NCBI GenBank assembly: GCA_044356295.1
Contig: JBIKWN010000017.1
Coordinates: forward strand, 1 to 41,774
DNA length: 41,774 nt
Source of the DNA: Bdellovibrionota bacterium
GTDB taxonomy: Bacteria > Bdellovibrionota_C > UBA2361 > JBIKWN01
Direction of reading: 5' to 3'
Shown here piece by piece: positions 19,065 through 27,596 of this stretch (the stretch's first letter is position 1; each line of letters starts with the position of its first letter). Position numbers and translations under genes: made by a program. The notes under the pieces are model-generated. The model saw only the letters and a list, made by a program, of their open reading frames with translations, ran no database searches and was not told the origin of the DNA.

Positions 19065-19295
19065 TTATAAACACTACGGCAAGTTCGAGAGACACTCAAG
19101 GGTAAAGAGGGAAAAAATGAGTACTCTTGTAAGTTGATTATATTGGCGTACATGAGGAATGAGGTAAGAAAAATTAGGAGAACCTTACCTTTTTTCAACC
19201 ATGAGGAATCATTGAAGACGGAATCTCAACATATTTCCTGTCTGACCGACCTATGTACCTTAGAAAGTAGTGACGGTGAGGAGTAAAGCAAAATA

Positions 19296-20168
19296 ATGTA
19301 TAAACAATACAGACATAAAATTTCAATTTTCAGCTCCTTTTTATTTTTACTGTTAATTACTTCAACTGTTTTTGCAGATCCTCACTATGAGAGATGTGCT
19401 ACCCATGAACCTACGCGGAAAGAAAATGTTGGTATTAGCGCTCGTTTAGCATTAGGGGAAATAACCGATCTTTCTTTAAATAAAGTTTCCACTGCTCAGA
19501 CCCGTATCGATATTGATGTCTATATACATGTTATTGGATATTCAAATGATTCAACTCCAGTAACAAATGAACAAATTGATGCGCAGATGTCTGTACTGAA
19601 TCAAGCTTTTAATAAAAGAGGTTTTAACTTTAATCTTATCAGTGTTGATTATGTCTCTGGCTTTGATTCTGTTTCACAAGGTTCACGATTAGAAAGTGAT
19701 CTGAAATCTGGATTAAGATTAGGGAGTGCATCAAGTCTTAATATCTATATGGCAAATCTTGGAGAGAATCTTTTAGGCTGGGCAACATTTCCTTGGAAAT
19801 ATGATAGTAATCCATCTGATGATGGTGTGATGATTCTGGATAGAACTTTACCTGGAGGTTCGGCAAGTCCTTATAATCGCGGAGCCACCGGTGTACATGA
19901 AGTTGGACATTGGTTAGGTCTATACCATCCATGGGGAATAACTTCGAATGGATGTAAAGGGCAAGGTGATGCAGTCAAAGATACATCTGCTCAGAAACAG
20001 CCTGTTTATAAATGTAATCCAAAACTTGATAGTTGTCGCAATGCTTCGGGTAGAGATCCAGTTCGTAACTTTATGAATTATACTGCGGATAGCTGTATGA
20101 ATTCGTTTAGTAGGGGTCAAGCTTCTAGAATGAAGAGTGCATGGTACGGATATCGGAATGGATACTGA
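19296..20168 (+). CDS. Secreted M43 (pappalysin/ulilysin-like) zinc metalloprotease
   Basis: Signal peptide, RC cysteine-switch-like prosegment, HEVGHWLGLYH, Met-turn NFMNY. Confidence 0.9.
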   Translation: MYKQYRHKISIFSSFLFLLLITSTVFADPHYERCATHEPTRKENVGISARLALGEITDLSLNKVSTAQTRIDIDVYIHVIGYSNDSTPVTNEQIDAQMSVLNQAFNKRGFNFNLISVDYVSGFDSVSQGSRLESDLKSGLRLGSASSLNIYMANLGENLLGWATFPWKYDSNPSDDGVMILDRTLPGGSASPYNRGATGVHEVGHWLGLYHPWGITSNGCKGQGDAVKDTSAQKQPVYKCNPKLDSCRNASGRDPVRNFMNYTADSCMNSFSRGQASRMKSAWYGYRNGY

Positions 20169-20209
20169 CCCCTCGACCCCTCGACAAGCTCGGGGCTCGG
20201 GGCGTGCCC

Positions 20210-20335
20210 CAATGTCATTAAGTTAAGAAATTTCTACCCCTGACCATGACCGTAGGCGTGAGTGTGACCTTAAATTGTTTGGGTCACGCTCACGCTCAAG
20301 GTCACGGTACTCAAATTCTTAACTTAGTGACATTG
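20210..20335. mobile_element. Putative 126-bp MITE with IS4-like terminal inverted repeats
   Basis: TIR CAATGTCA(T/C)TAAGTTAAGAA, 19/20 match; no transposase and no obvious target duplication. Confidence 0.55.
20237..20307. repeat. Hexamer-periodic hairpin (TGACCA/TGACCG/GCGTGA) inside the MITE
   Basis: Same sequence family as 30116-30198. Confidence 0.8.
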
Positions 20336-20387
20336 ACCCTAGCCCCGAGCTTGTCGAGGGGGAGAGGAGAATCCGAGTGGAAAAATA

Positions 20388-20460
20388 TGGAGCTGAAGGG
20401 GATCGAACCCTTGACCCCTGGCTTGCAAAGCCAGTGCTCTCCCAGCTGAGCTACAACCCC
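20388..20460 (-). tRNA. tRNA-Ala (UGC), CCA not encoded
   Basis: GGGGTTG acceptor stem with G3:U70, anticodon loop TTTGCAA, TTCGATC T-loop; 73 nt ending at discriminator A. Confidence 0.96.
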
Positions 20461-20544
20461 ATAACAGGACACATCACTAACAAACAACTGGTGTATGTTT
20501 GTTTACTGGATAACCAATCTGAGCCACCCCAAAAAGGGATGAAT

Positions 20545-20662
20545 GCTGAGTGGGAAAACCCCACGTCTGCCAGAGGCAGACCCCCCGAAGGGACCACACT
20601 TCTAACACGCTGAGTGGGACAACCCCACGTCCGCCAGAGGCGGACTCCCCGAAGGGACAACA
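20545..20662. repeat. Two direct copies of a 54-nt, three-hairpin GC-rich unit (period 64) between the tRNAs
   Basis: gctgagtgggaaaaccccacgtctgccagaggcagacc... (20545-20598) vs gctgagtgggacaaccccacgtccgccagaggcggact... (20609-20662). Confidence 0.9.
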
Positions 20663-20739
20663 TGGTGGGCCGAGTAAGACTTGAACTTACGACCTCACGC
20701 TTATCAGGCGTGTACTCTAACCAGCTGAGCTACCGGCCC
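20663..20739 (-). tRNA. tRNA-Ile (GAU), CCA encoded
   Basis: GGGCCGG acceptor stem, anticodon loop CTGATAA, TTCAAGT T-loop, ends ACCA; 77 nt. Confidence 0.96.
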
Positions 20740-20775
20740 GAACAGCTTGGATTCCTAGACGGATGCAAGAATGAG

Positions 20776-20804
20776 AGGTTAAGGTTTGGGAGGTAAAAAG
20801 TCAA
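20776..20804 (-). promoter_or_regulatory. Sigma70 promoter of the tRNA-Ile/tRNA-Ala unit
   Basis: TTGACT-N17-TAACCT, 36 nt upstream of tRNA-Ile. Confidence 0.7.
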
Positions 20805-20890
20805 TAAAGAGGGGTGTATGTGAATTCCTTATTGCGATAATCAAGTAACTTTCTAAATAATTGAAGAAAGAGCAGATTTTTTGAAGTTCT

Positions 20891-21406
20891 ATGCAGACAG
20901 TTCTTCTTCTTAATGCGAGTTTTGAGCCATTAAAAGTCATATCATGGCAGAAAGCGATCACGATGTTTTTTCTTGGAAAAGTCGAAGTGATTGAAGAATA
21001 TGATGGGCATATTCGATCGGTAACATTCTCAATTAAAGCTCCTGCAGTAGTGAGGCTTCTGCAGTATGCAAAGATAGGGCGGAAAAAACCCCCACTGAGT
21101 AAAGCGAATGTATTGGCGAGGGATAATTTTCATTGCCAATACTGCCGAGTTGAATTGAGCAGTAAAGAGGCTACACTTGACCATGTCATTCCGAGAAGTC
21201 AGGGTGGCAGAACGACTTGGCAAAATTTGGTTTGTTGTTGTTCTCCTTGTAATAGGAAAAAAGGTGGAAGGACGCCGAAAGAAGCTAAAATGAGTCTTTT
21301 TTCGGAGCCTATCCATCCTGAATGGCTTCCTGTTTTAAATATGCGGTTTCATGGTGGAATCCCCAAAAGCTGGTACAACTTCCTCAATCATAGGCAGTCT
21401 TCTTGA
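20891..21406 (+). CDS. HNH endonuclease (McrA-like stand-alone family)
   Basis: VLLLNASFEPL; RD...CQYC...TLDHVIPRSQGG...W.N....C..CN.KKG. Confidence 0.92.
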   Translation: MQTVLLLNASFEPLKVISWQKAITMFFLGKVEVIEEYDGHIRSVTFSIKAPAVVRLLQYAKIGRKKPPLSKANVLARDNFHCQYCRVELSSKEATLDHVIPRSQGGRTTWQNLVCCCSPCNRKKGGRTPKEAKMSLFSEPIHPEWLPVLNMRFHGGIPKSWYNFLNHRQSS

Positions 21407-22733
21407 AGAGAGGATTCAAACTCTTGTTGCTTTAAATCGTTCTCCTAAACTACAAATTATTCGAACTGCTTTAGCGGATGATCAGTTACATATTGTTGGT
21501 GGAGCTGTGAGAGATGCGCTACTAGGTATTCCATCTTTTGATATTGATTTAGCAACATCACTTTCTGCTCAAGATGCTTCTGTGTTGCTTGAAAAAAATA
21601 ATATAAAAACAGTTGCTACTGGATTAAAACACGGCACTATTACTGCTGTTATTGAAAAAGATAATATTGAAATTACAACATTCCGTGCAGGGCGAATTGA
21701 TGTAGCTCCTCACACAATAGAAGCAGACTTAACTGGTCGCGATTTTACGATCAATGCTATTGCTTTTAGCTGTAAGGATGAAAAAGTAATCGATATTGTT
21801 GGTGGAATTGAAGATTTGAATGCCAACGTATTAAAAGCTGTTGGCAATCCAGAAGATAGAATTAAGGAAGATCCATTACGGATGATTCGAGCGGTACGAT
21901 TCGGAGCTGCTGCGGGCAGAGCTATTGATCATAAACTATCAGACTCAATCAAGAGTCATCATGAACTTTTAAAAAAAGTTGCTGTTGAAAGAATCCGTGT
22001 TGAGTTAGAAAAAATCCTGATGGAGCAATATCCAGCCGCAGGCGTTGATGCTCTTAGAGCGTTAGGATTACTTCCCTATACATTTGCTGAGCTCCTTCCA
22101 ACCATTGGATTTGATCAGAACCGTTATCATACAAAAGATGTATATGGCCATACGCTGGATGTTTTATCTGAATGCCCCCCTGATAAGATTTTGCGAATTG
22201 CTGCTGTCTATCATGATATTGGAAAAGCATACACATTAAGTGTTGATAAAGATGGTAATCGTCACTTCTATGATCATGAGAAAGTCAGCCAAGATATAGC
22301 GCATCGAGAGATGCAAAAACTCCGTTTTTCACAGGATGATATCGACGCAGTATCAACAATTGTAAGACTTCATATGCGACCATTCGATTGTGGACCTTCT
22401 GGAGTTCGCAGGTTGCTTCGTGATGTAGGGTCGCAATTTCCTCGTTGGAGAGAATTTAAAAACGCAGATCGCCCTGCTGTTTTTGATGATGATAAATTAC
22501 TTGAAATGAAAGTTCGTTTTGATGAAATGGTTCAAACTGAACGAAATAGAGTCGTTGGATCATTTAAGAGCCCTTTAGCAATTTCAGGTGATGATCTAAA
22601 AGAGTTAGGTTTTAAACCTGGGAAAGAGATGGGGACCATTTTAAATCAATTAAAAGAGCTCATTATTGAGGATCCTGATAAAAATGATCGTCAATTTTTG
22701 ATTGACTATGTTAATCAACACTTTCATCCGTAA
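21351..22733 (+). CDS. cca: Class II tRNA nucleotidyltransferase with HD domain (possibly CC-adding)
   Basis: VGGAVRD, DIDL, RDFTINA, EDPLR, ERI..EL.K, H...HDIGK; short flexible loop. Confidence 0.88.
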   Translation: MVESPKAGTTSSIIGSLLEERIQTLVALNRSPKLQIIRTALADDQLHIVGGAVRDALLGIPSFDIDLATSLSAQDASVLLEKNNIKTVATGLKHGTITAVIEKDNIEITTFRAGRIDVAPHTIEADLTGRDFTINAIAFSCKDEKVIDIVGGIEDLNANVLKAVGNPEDRIKEDPLRMIRAVRFGAAAGRAIDHKLSDSIKSHHELLKKVAVERIRVELEKILMEQYPAAGVDALRALGLLPYTFAELLPTIGFDQNRYHTKDVYGHTLDVLSECPPDKILRIAAVYHDIGKAYTLSVDKDGNRHFYDHEKVSQDIAHREMQKLRFSQDDIDAVSTIVRLHMRPFDCGPSGVRRLLRDVGSQFPRWREFKNADRPAVFDDDKLLEMKVRFDEMVQTERNRVVGSFKSPLAISGDDLKELGFKPGKEMGTILNQLKELIIEDPDKNDRQFLIDYVNQHFHP

Positions 22734-22745
22734 TAATACCTTCGA

Positions 22746-23195
22746 ATGCAACGTTCAATAAGAATATTTATAGGTGCTTTTGCAATACTCGTATCGGCGA
22801 TCACTCTATTTAATTTTTCGCAACGAAGTCGAATTCCATTGAACGTATCTGAATTTGCAAAAGCAGTTCAGCCACTTATGAATACAACTATTGAACCAGC
22901 ACTGCTCGAATCATTACAGATAGTAGTAAGAACAAAGCAGTCTACCGAACAGAAAGGATGGATCTTTTCTTATAGTGCTACAGATGTACAAAATTCAGAA
23001 CGTTTAGTGAGGCTCTTAAAGTTACTGAGTGAAAGTAAAGTGTATGAGTCACTACTCGCAACAGGAGATGTCGTAATAATCACTTCATATAAAGGGATTT
23101 CGTATCAAACCTATATCTCAAGTGTCTATCTTGAAAAAACCCCATCCTTACAAAATTTTATACAGCTTATGCGAGTTTTTGGTCGTCCTGAATGA
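22746..23195 (+). CDS. Hypothetical protein with N-terminal TM/signal segment
   Basis: 149-aa ORF with ATGA overlap to the next gene. Confidence 0.65.
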   Translation: MQRSIRIFIGAFAILVSAITLFNFSQRSRIPLNVSEFAKAVQPLMNTTIEPALLESLQIVVRTKQSTEQKGWIFSYSATDVQNSERLVRLLKLLSESKVYESLLATGDVVIITSYKGISYQTYISSVYLEKTPSLQNFIQLMRVFGRPE

Positions 23196-24166
23196 ATACA
23201 AAAAAAATACTTTTTAGTTTCGGAATAAGTTTTGTTCTTATTATTCTGCTTGCATATCAAGTGAACTGGTCTCTGGTATTAGTCGAACTAAAAACAGCCC
23301 AATATTCTCCATTGATAATGGTTACATTGATTTGGATGTTTCACTTTTTATTGCGTTCAATTCGATGGCAATTTTTTTTACCATCTCAGACACATTCTAC
23401 ACTTTGGCAGCGATTTTCAAGTTTAATGGTTGGAAATCTGGCAACGTTTATTTTACCTCTCCGTGCAGGTGAATTTATACGACCTTTTTTTCTATCAAAG
23501 ATCTCGGATGTACCATTTGCTACAGGTTTTATTTCAATTGTTATCGAACGGTTCCTTGATCTTGTGTGCGTTCTTTCCTTCTTTTTTGTTGTTTCAAAAA
23601 ATGTTCCGAATCTTCCATCGTGGGCACATGATGGCGTTAGAGGCTTTTCTGTTTTAGCGTTGGGAATTTTTATTTTTATTCTTTTTGCTGCATTTATACC
23701 TGTATTTCTAGAGCGTGCTGTTATTGCAGTAACAAACTATCTTCCTCAGAAAATTGCGCTCAAAGTTCAAGAGCTCACAAAACAGATACTTGTAGGTGCT
23801 CAGTCAATTCGATCTATAAAAAATTTATGTGCGGTTGTTATCCTTACAGCCTTAATTTGGATCTCAAATATAATTGCCTTTGATTATTTTCTTTCAGTTG
23901 TTTCAATTCCCAGAGATCTTGGCGTTAGTACAACGCTCACTGTTTTAATTGCATTAGCGGTTGCTGCTCCGAGTGCTCCTGGATTTATTGGGGTATACCA
24001 AGTAGCCTCGATTGCTTCTTTTGCGCTGTATGGAATAGCGATAGAGAAGGCGACTGCGTATTCACTTCTCAACCATTTGCATCAATACATTATGATTGTA
24101 GGTATTGGTGGATTTATTTTACTTCGTTCTGGCATGAAGCTTTCTGAGCTTAGTAAACGTTCCTAG
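23192..24166 (+). CDS. LPG_synthase_TM / UPF0104 flippase-like membrane protein
   Basis: RSIRW, LPLRAGEFIR, IERFLD, PSAPGFIGVY; multiple TM segments. Confidence 0.85.
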   Translation: MNTKKILFSFGISFVLIILLAYQVNWSLVLVELKTAQYSPLIMVTLIWMFHFLLRSIRWQFFLPSQTHSTLWQRFSSLMVGNLATFILPLRAGEFIRPFFLSKISDVPFATGFISIVIERFLDLVCVLSFFFVVSKNVPNLPSWAHDGVRGFSVLALGIFIFILFAAFIPVFLERAVIAVTNYLPQKIALKVQELTKQILVGAQSIRSIKNLCAVVILTALIWISNIIAFDYFLSVVSIPRDLGVSTTLTVLIALAVAAPSAPGFIGVYQVASIASFALYGIAIEKATAYSLLNHLHQYIMIVGIGGFILLRSGMKLSELSKRS

Positions 24167-24184
24167 TTAGGGTTCAAAAAAACC

Positions 24185-24199
24185 TGGAACAGAGATTGC
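24185..24199 (+). promoter_or_regulatory. Sigma54-type promoter of stand-alone flgE paralog
   Basis: TGGAACAGAGATTGC (GG-N10-GC). Confidence 0.65.
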
Positions 24200-24213
24200 C
24201 ATCTATCCTTAGT

Positions 24214-25506
24214 ATGAGGATTGAATCGGCATTAAATGCCAGCAGAGAAGGTATAACAAGTCACGGGCAAGCGATTGCTGTGCTCTCTGATAATATCTCT
24301 AACTCAAATACAACCGCATATAAAACAGCCAGAGCTGAATTTTCTGACATTTTTGCCTCATTTACTGGGATTAAAGATGATGGAGTTATTCAAGGTGGGA
24401 ATGGGGCAAAAATTTCCTCTGTAAGGTCAATTTTTAACAGTGGGGAGGCAGATTTCACCGCTCGTTCACTAGACGTTGCAATTGAAGGTAATGGTTTTTT
24501 CATTACAGGTGATGCAACTGGATCCGCTGCAAGTTTATCATATACACGCGCTGGAAACTTTCAACTTGATAAGGAAGGTTATCTAGTAACAGGTGACGGT
24601 AAGTATGTGCTCGGTACTGCAGGTTCTACGACAACAGAAGCTGGAGCAACGCCGACTTTAACTCGACTTAACTTAGCGACTATTCAAAATGGTGCGACTG
24701 CAACGACTGCAATTGTACTTGGTGGAAATCTTTCTTCTACGTTGCCAATTAAGACGCCTGCAGCTGCATATCCATCAATGGCGGCACTGGGGCAAGCAGC
24801 AAGCCATATTGAAAATATTGAATCATATGACAGTCTTGGAACGCGAAGAGATGTTACATTAGCGTTTTTCAAAACAGGTGCGGGAGTATGGACAGTTAAT
24901 GCTTATGCAGAAGGGAGCCAGGTTGGAGGAACTGCAGGAGTACCAGTCCAAATTGGATCAGTTACAGGACTTACATTTGGACCCGATGGATTACTAGCTG
25001 CAGCAAATAAAGCAAATGCAAAACTTACAGCGACTCCAGCGTGGAGCGACGGAGCAGCTGCAGGAAACTTTACAATTGATCTTTCACAGTACACTCAATA
25101 TGCATCGGGATCAGCTCTTTCATCTAAAACACAGAATGGAGCAGGTGTAGGACAGATTAAAGACTACGAAATCGATAAGACAGGTAAAGTGATGGCATCA
25201 CTTTCAAATGGTTCCTTCGTGCAGGTAGGGACGCTACAAATGGCAAATTTTGTAAATATTGATGGGATGCAAAGAATAGGAAGCAATAGTTTTCAACCGG
25301 GAGTCACTGCAGGAGCAGCAACAATTGGAACGCCTGGGAGTCGTGGCCTTGGTATTACGCGTGGTTCATCATTAGAAAGATCTACAACCGACTTAAGTGC
25401 AGAATTTGTGAATTTAGTTGTCTTCCAACGAGGCTATCAAGCAAATTCACAGCTTCTTAGTGCTGCAAACGAGCTGATTCAGCAAACTCTTGGACTCATC
25501 CGCTAA
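24214..25506 (+). CDS. flgE: Flagellar hook protein FlgE paralog
   Basis: DNISNSNTTAYK, LDVAIEGNGFF, YTRAGNF, YDSLG (FlaE domain), LERST.DLSAEF..L...QRGYQAN; ATG 24214 chosen by alignment to the other FlgE. Confidence 0.9.
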   Translation: MRIESALNASREGITSHGQAIAVLSDNISNSNTTAYKTARAEFSDIFASFTGIKDDGVIQGGNGAKISSVRSIFNSGEADFTARSLDVAIEGNGFFITGDATGSAASLSYTRAGNFQLDKEGYLVTGDGKYVLGTAGSTTTEAGATPTLTRLNLATIQNGATATTAIVLGGNLSSTLPIKTPAAAYPSMAALGQAASHIENIESYDSLGTRRDVTLAFFKTGAGVWTVNAYAEGSQVGGTAGVPVQIGSVTGLTFGPDGLLAAANKANAKLTATPAWSDGAAAGNFTIDLSQYTQYASGSALSSKTQNGAGVGQIKDYEIDKTGKVMASLSNGSFVQVGTLQMANFVNIDGMQRIGSNSFQPGVTAGAATIGTPGSRGLGITRGSSLERSTTDLSAEFVNLVVFQRGYQANSQLLSAANELIQQTLGLIR

Positions 25507-26483
25507 ATTTTTTCTAAACGTTTCTTCCAAGTGAGTGTTAAAAATGCACCAGGGAGTCCGACAACAAGATACTGAATAACGTGTTGAGTCAGAATCATAA
25601 TCAGCGCGAGCTCTTTAGGAACTCCCATTGATACAAGTGCTGCTGTACCAACAGCTTCAACAACACCAATACCGCCAGGAGCTGCAGGAATAAGTGAACT
25701 GAAATTCACAGCAACCATCATAAATACAGCTTGTGCAACGGTAAGATCAGCACCGTAGGTTTTTGTAGCAAGAAAAAAAACGCAGAGTTCATTAAACCAA
25801 ATAATAGCTGACCAACCATAGATAACTGGAGCACGGCGTAGAGAGCAAAGTGGAGTAAGTCCTTCAAGAAAAACATGAGCTTTAGAGAGGACCAATAAAA
25901 GTTTTTTTGATCCTCCTTTAGCTTGTAAAGATTCTACAAGCGATTGAAGTTTGGAACGAAAAAAAATCGTTATAAGAACAGCGATACTTATCCCTGCAAA
26001 ACCAAGAGCAACATAAAAAAGGTTATGAGCAAGATTAGACTCTCCCATCCGTAAGGCGAAAATTACAAATAAGATGCTTATGGTTAGTCCATCAATCAGA
26101 CGCTCACTAGCTATAGTTGCAAGAACAAGGGTTCGACTTTGCCGAGAAACTTTGGCACCAAGGTGTGCTCTAACAAATTCACCGGCTCGTGCAGGAAGAA
26201 TATTATTAAAGAAGAAACCAAGAATGAGCACTGCTGTTGCATTTCCATAATTCATCTCACACTTAGGAAATAGACTTTGCCATCTTCTGCCACGCATGAA
26301 ATAGGATAAGATCGTTAATAGTACTGCTCCCGTAAGGAAGAATACATTAGCATCACCAGCATGAAGTGTAAGAAGTGACCAATCGAGATCTTTAAAAGTA
26401 AGATATAGAGCTGTTGCCGTGATAATCCACGGGGCAGTTTTCTTTAAAATGTTCAAAATTGGATGATGCGTTGTAGAAGTCAC
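25503..26483 (-). CDS. Second LPG_synthase_TM / UPF0104 flippase-like membrane protein
   Basis: RGRRW, NNILPARAGEFVR, SERLID, PAAPGGIGVVE. Confidence 0.85.
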   Translation of the reverse strand: MTSTTHHPILNILKKTAPWIITATALYLTFKDLDWSLLTLHAGDANVFFLTGAVLLTILSYFMRGRRWQSLFPKCEMNYGNATAVLILGFFFNNILPARAGEFVRAHLGAKVSRQSRTLVLATIASERLIDGLTISILFVIFALRMGESNLAHNLFYVALGFAGISIAVLITIFFRSKLQSLVESLQAKGGSKKLLLVLSKAHVFLEGLTPLCSLRRAPVIYGWSAIIWFNELCVFFLATKTYGADLTVAQAVFMMVAVNFSSLIPAAPGGIGVVEAVGTAALVSMGVPKELALIMILTQHVIQYLVVGLPGAFLTLTWKKRLEKI

Positions 26484-26537
26484 TGAAGGGAATATAATTG
26501 AGGGGCTCGTAACTGTAAACTCTTGGAATAAAATGGT

Positions 26538-27503
26538 ATGTCGAACGCTAAATTAAATCCTCTATGGAAAATCATATGGATTGATTCTGTCGATGAATTA
26601 GCTCAAATCACCGATGCTGCGCAGGGGGAGGAGTACCTTCCAATTGATACCGAAACTATTGGTTGGCAAACTGGAAATGAAAAGCTTGCGCTTCTGCAAA
26701 TTGGTATACCATCGAAAAAAATTGCTTTTATTATAGATTGTCTTGCAATTGAATCATTAGAGCCCATTCGTGAGATTCTCGTATCAGTAACCCCAGCAAA
26801 GGTTGCTCACAATGCAAGTTTTGAAGATCGGCAGCTTGGAAGTCGAGGTATAAAGATGAAAGGGCTTCGAGATACACTTCCTATGTCTCGAACGCTTCGC
26901 TCTGATCTTCCAAATCATCAACTTAAAACAGTTTCATTACATGTTGTTGGTAAAGCAATGAGTAAGGAGGCACAAACGAGTGATTGGTCAATTCGCCCTC
27001 TTTCAAAAGAGCAGTTGGAATATGCAGCACTCGATGTAGAAATTCTTGCTGAAGTGTATGAAAGTTTACTTGCGTTAGAAAAAAAATTATTAATTCCCGC
27101 TGATACAACAGTCGAGCAGATCATGAAGGAGCTCTCTGAAGTAACGGAAGAGCGATTTAAACTTTTAAAAGATATTGCACCAACGTTATCTTTTATTGAA
27201 CAACGAACTGCAAAGCTCAAAGAATCCTTAAAAGATCGTCTTGAACATGGAGCGCTATCGTATCAAGGAATTTACGGCGAAGCGTCGATTAAACCTATAA
27301 CGCAGACAGAAGTTAATACTGAAAAAGTAAAACAAACTTTTCCAGAAATCGCTCCACTCGTGATTGCAGAAAAAGTTGAACGTAAGCGTTTACTTGATGT
27401 CATGAAAGAATACGGTATTGATAAGAAACGTCTAGAAGAGGTGTTGGATCCAAAAGATACTTATTATCGTTTAAATCTTGAGATTGAAATGAATACCGAT
27501 TAG
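26538..27503 (+). CDS. DEDDy 3'-5' exonuclease (PolA/RNase D-like) with uncharacterised C-terminal region
   Basis: IDTET (ExoI), HNASFED (ExoII), SDWS.RPL...QLEYAALD (ExoIII). Confidence 0.87.
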   Translation: MSNAKLNPLWKIIWIDSVDELAQITDAAQGEEYLPIDTETIGWQTGNEKLALLQIGIPSKKIAFIIDCLAIESLEPIREILVSVTPAKVAHNASFEDRQLGSRGIKMKGLRDTLPMSRTLRSDLPNHQLKTVSLHVVGKAMSKEAQTSDWSIRPLSKEQLEYAALDVEILAEVYESLLALEKKLLIPADTTVEQIMKELSEVTEERFKLLKDIAPTLSFIEQRTAKLKESLKDRLEHGALSYQGIYGEASIKPITQTEVNTEKVKQTFPEIAPLVIAEKVERKRLLDVMKEYGIDKKRLEEVLDPKDTYYRLNLEIEMNTD

Positions 27504-27519
27504 TAGTCTCGGTATTTTT
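27492..27519 (+). terminator. Intrinsic terminator overlapping exonuclease stop
   Basis: AATACCGA-N9-TCGGTATT followed by Ts. Confidence 0.55.
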
Positions 27520-27596
27520 GATGGTTTAAAAATTTTTAAGTGCTACCTCATACATATCAAATAAGTTAGCCTGCATCTGTATTTGATGGAGGAATT

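Larger units (their letters stand above)
20177..20361. repeat. Inverted pair of 21-bp REP-like units (outer layer of nested repeat)
   Basis: cccctcgacaagctcggggct (20177-20197) is the exact reverse complement of 20341-20361. Confidence 0.9.

Noticed and set aside
20545..20662. Possible mini-CRISPR array
   Set aside because: Only two 54-nt units with a 10-nt spacer and no cas genes; the geometry does not fit.
20246..20961. Short ORFs 20246-20449, 20377-20613, 20451-20663, 20614-20796 and 20779-20961
   Set aside because: They are translations of repeats, tRNA antisense strands and promoter DNA; HAHAQGHG simply reflects the hexamer repeat.
20388..21406. tRNA-integrated island or HNH-driven mobile element
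   Set aside because: No integrase and no duplicated tRNA 3' end. The HNH gene overlaps cca and belongs to a common chromosomal family.
24196..24213. TTG start giving MPSILS, echoing MPSI of the other FlgE
   Set aside because: The TTG lies within the sigma54 -12 element, and alignment places the homologous start at ATG 24214.
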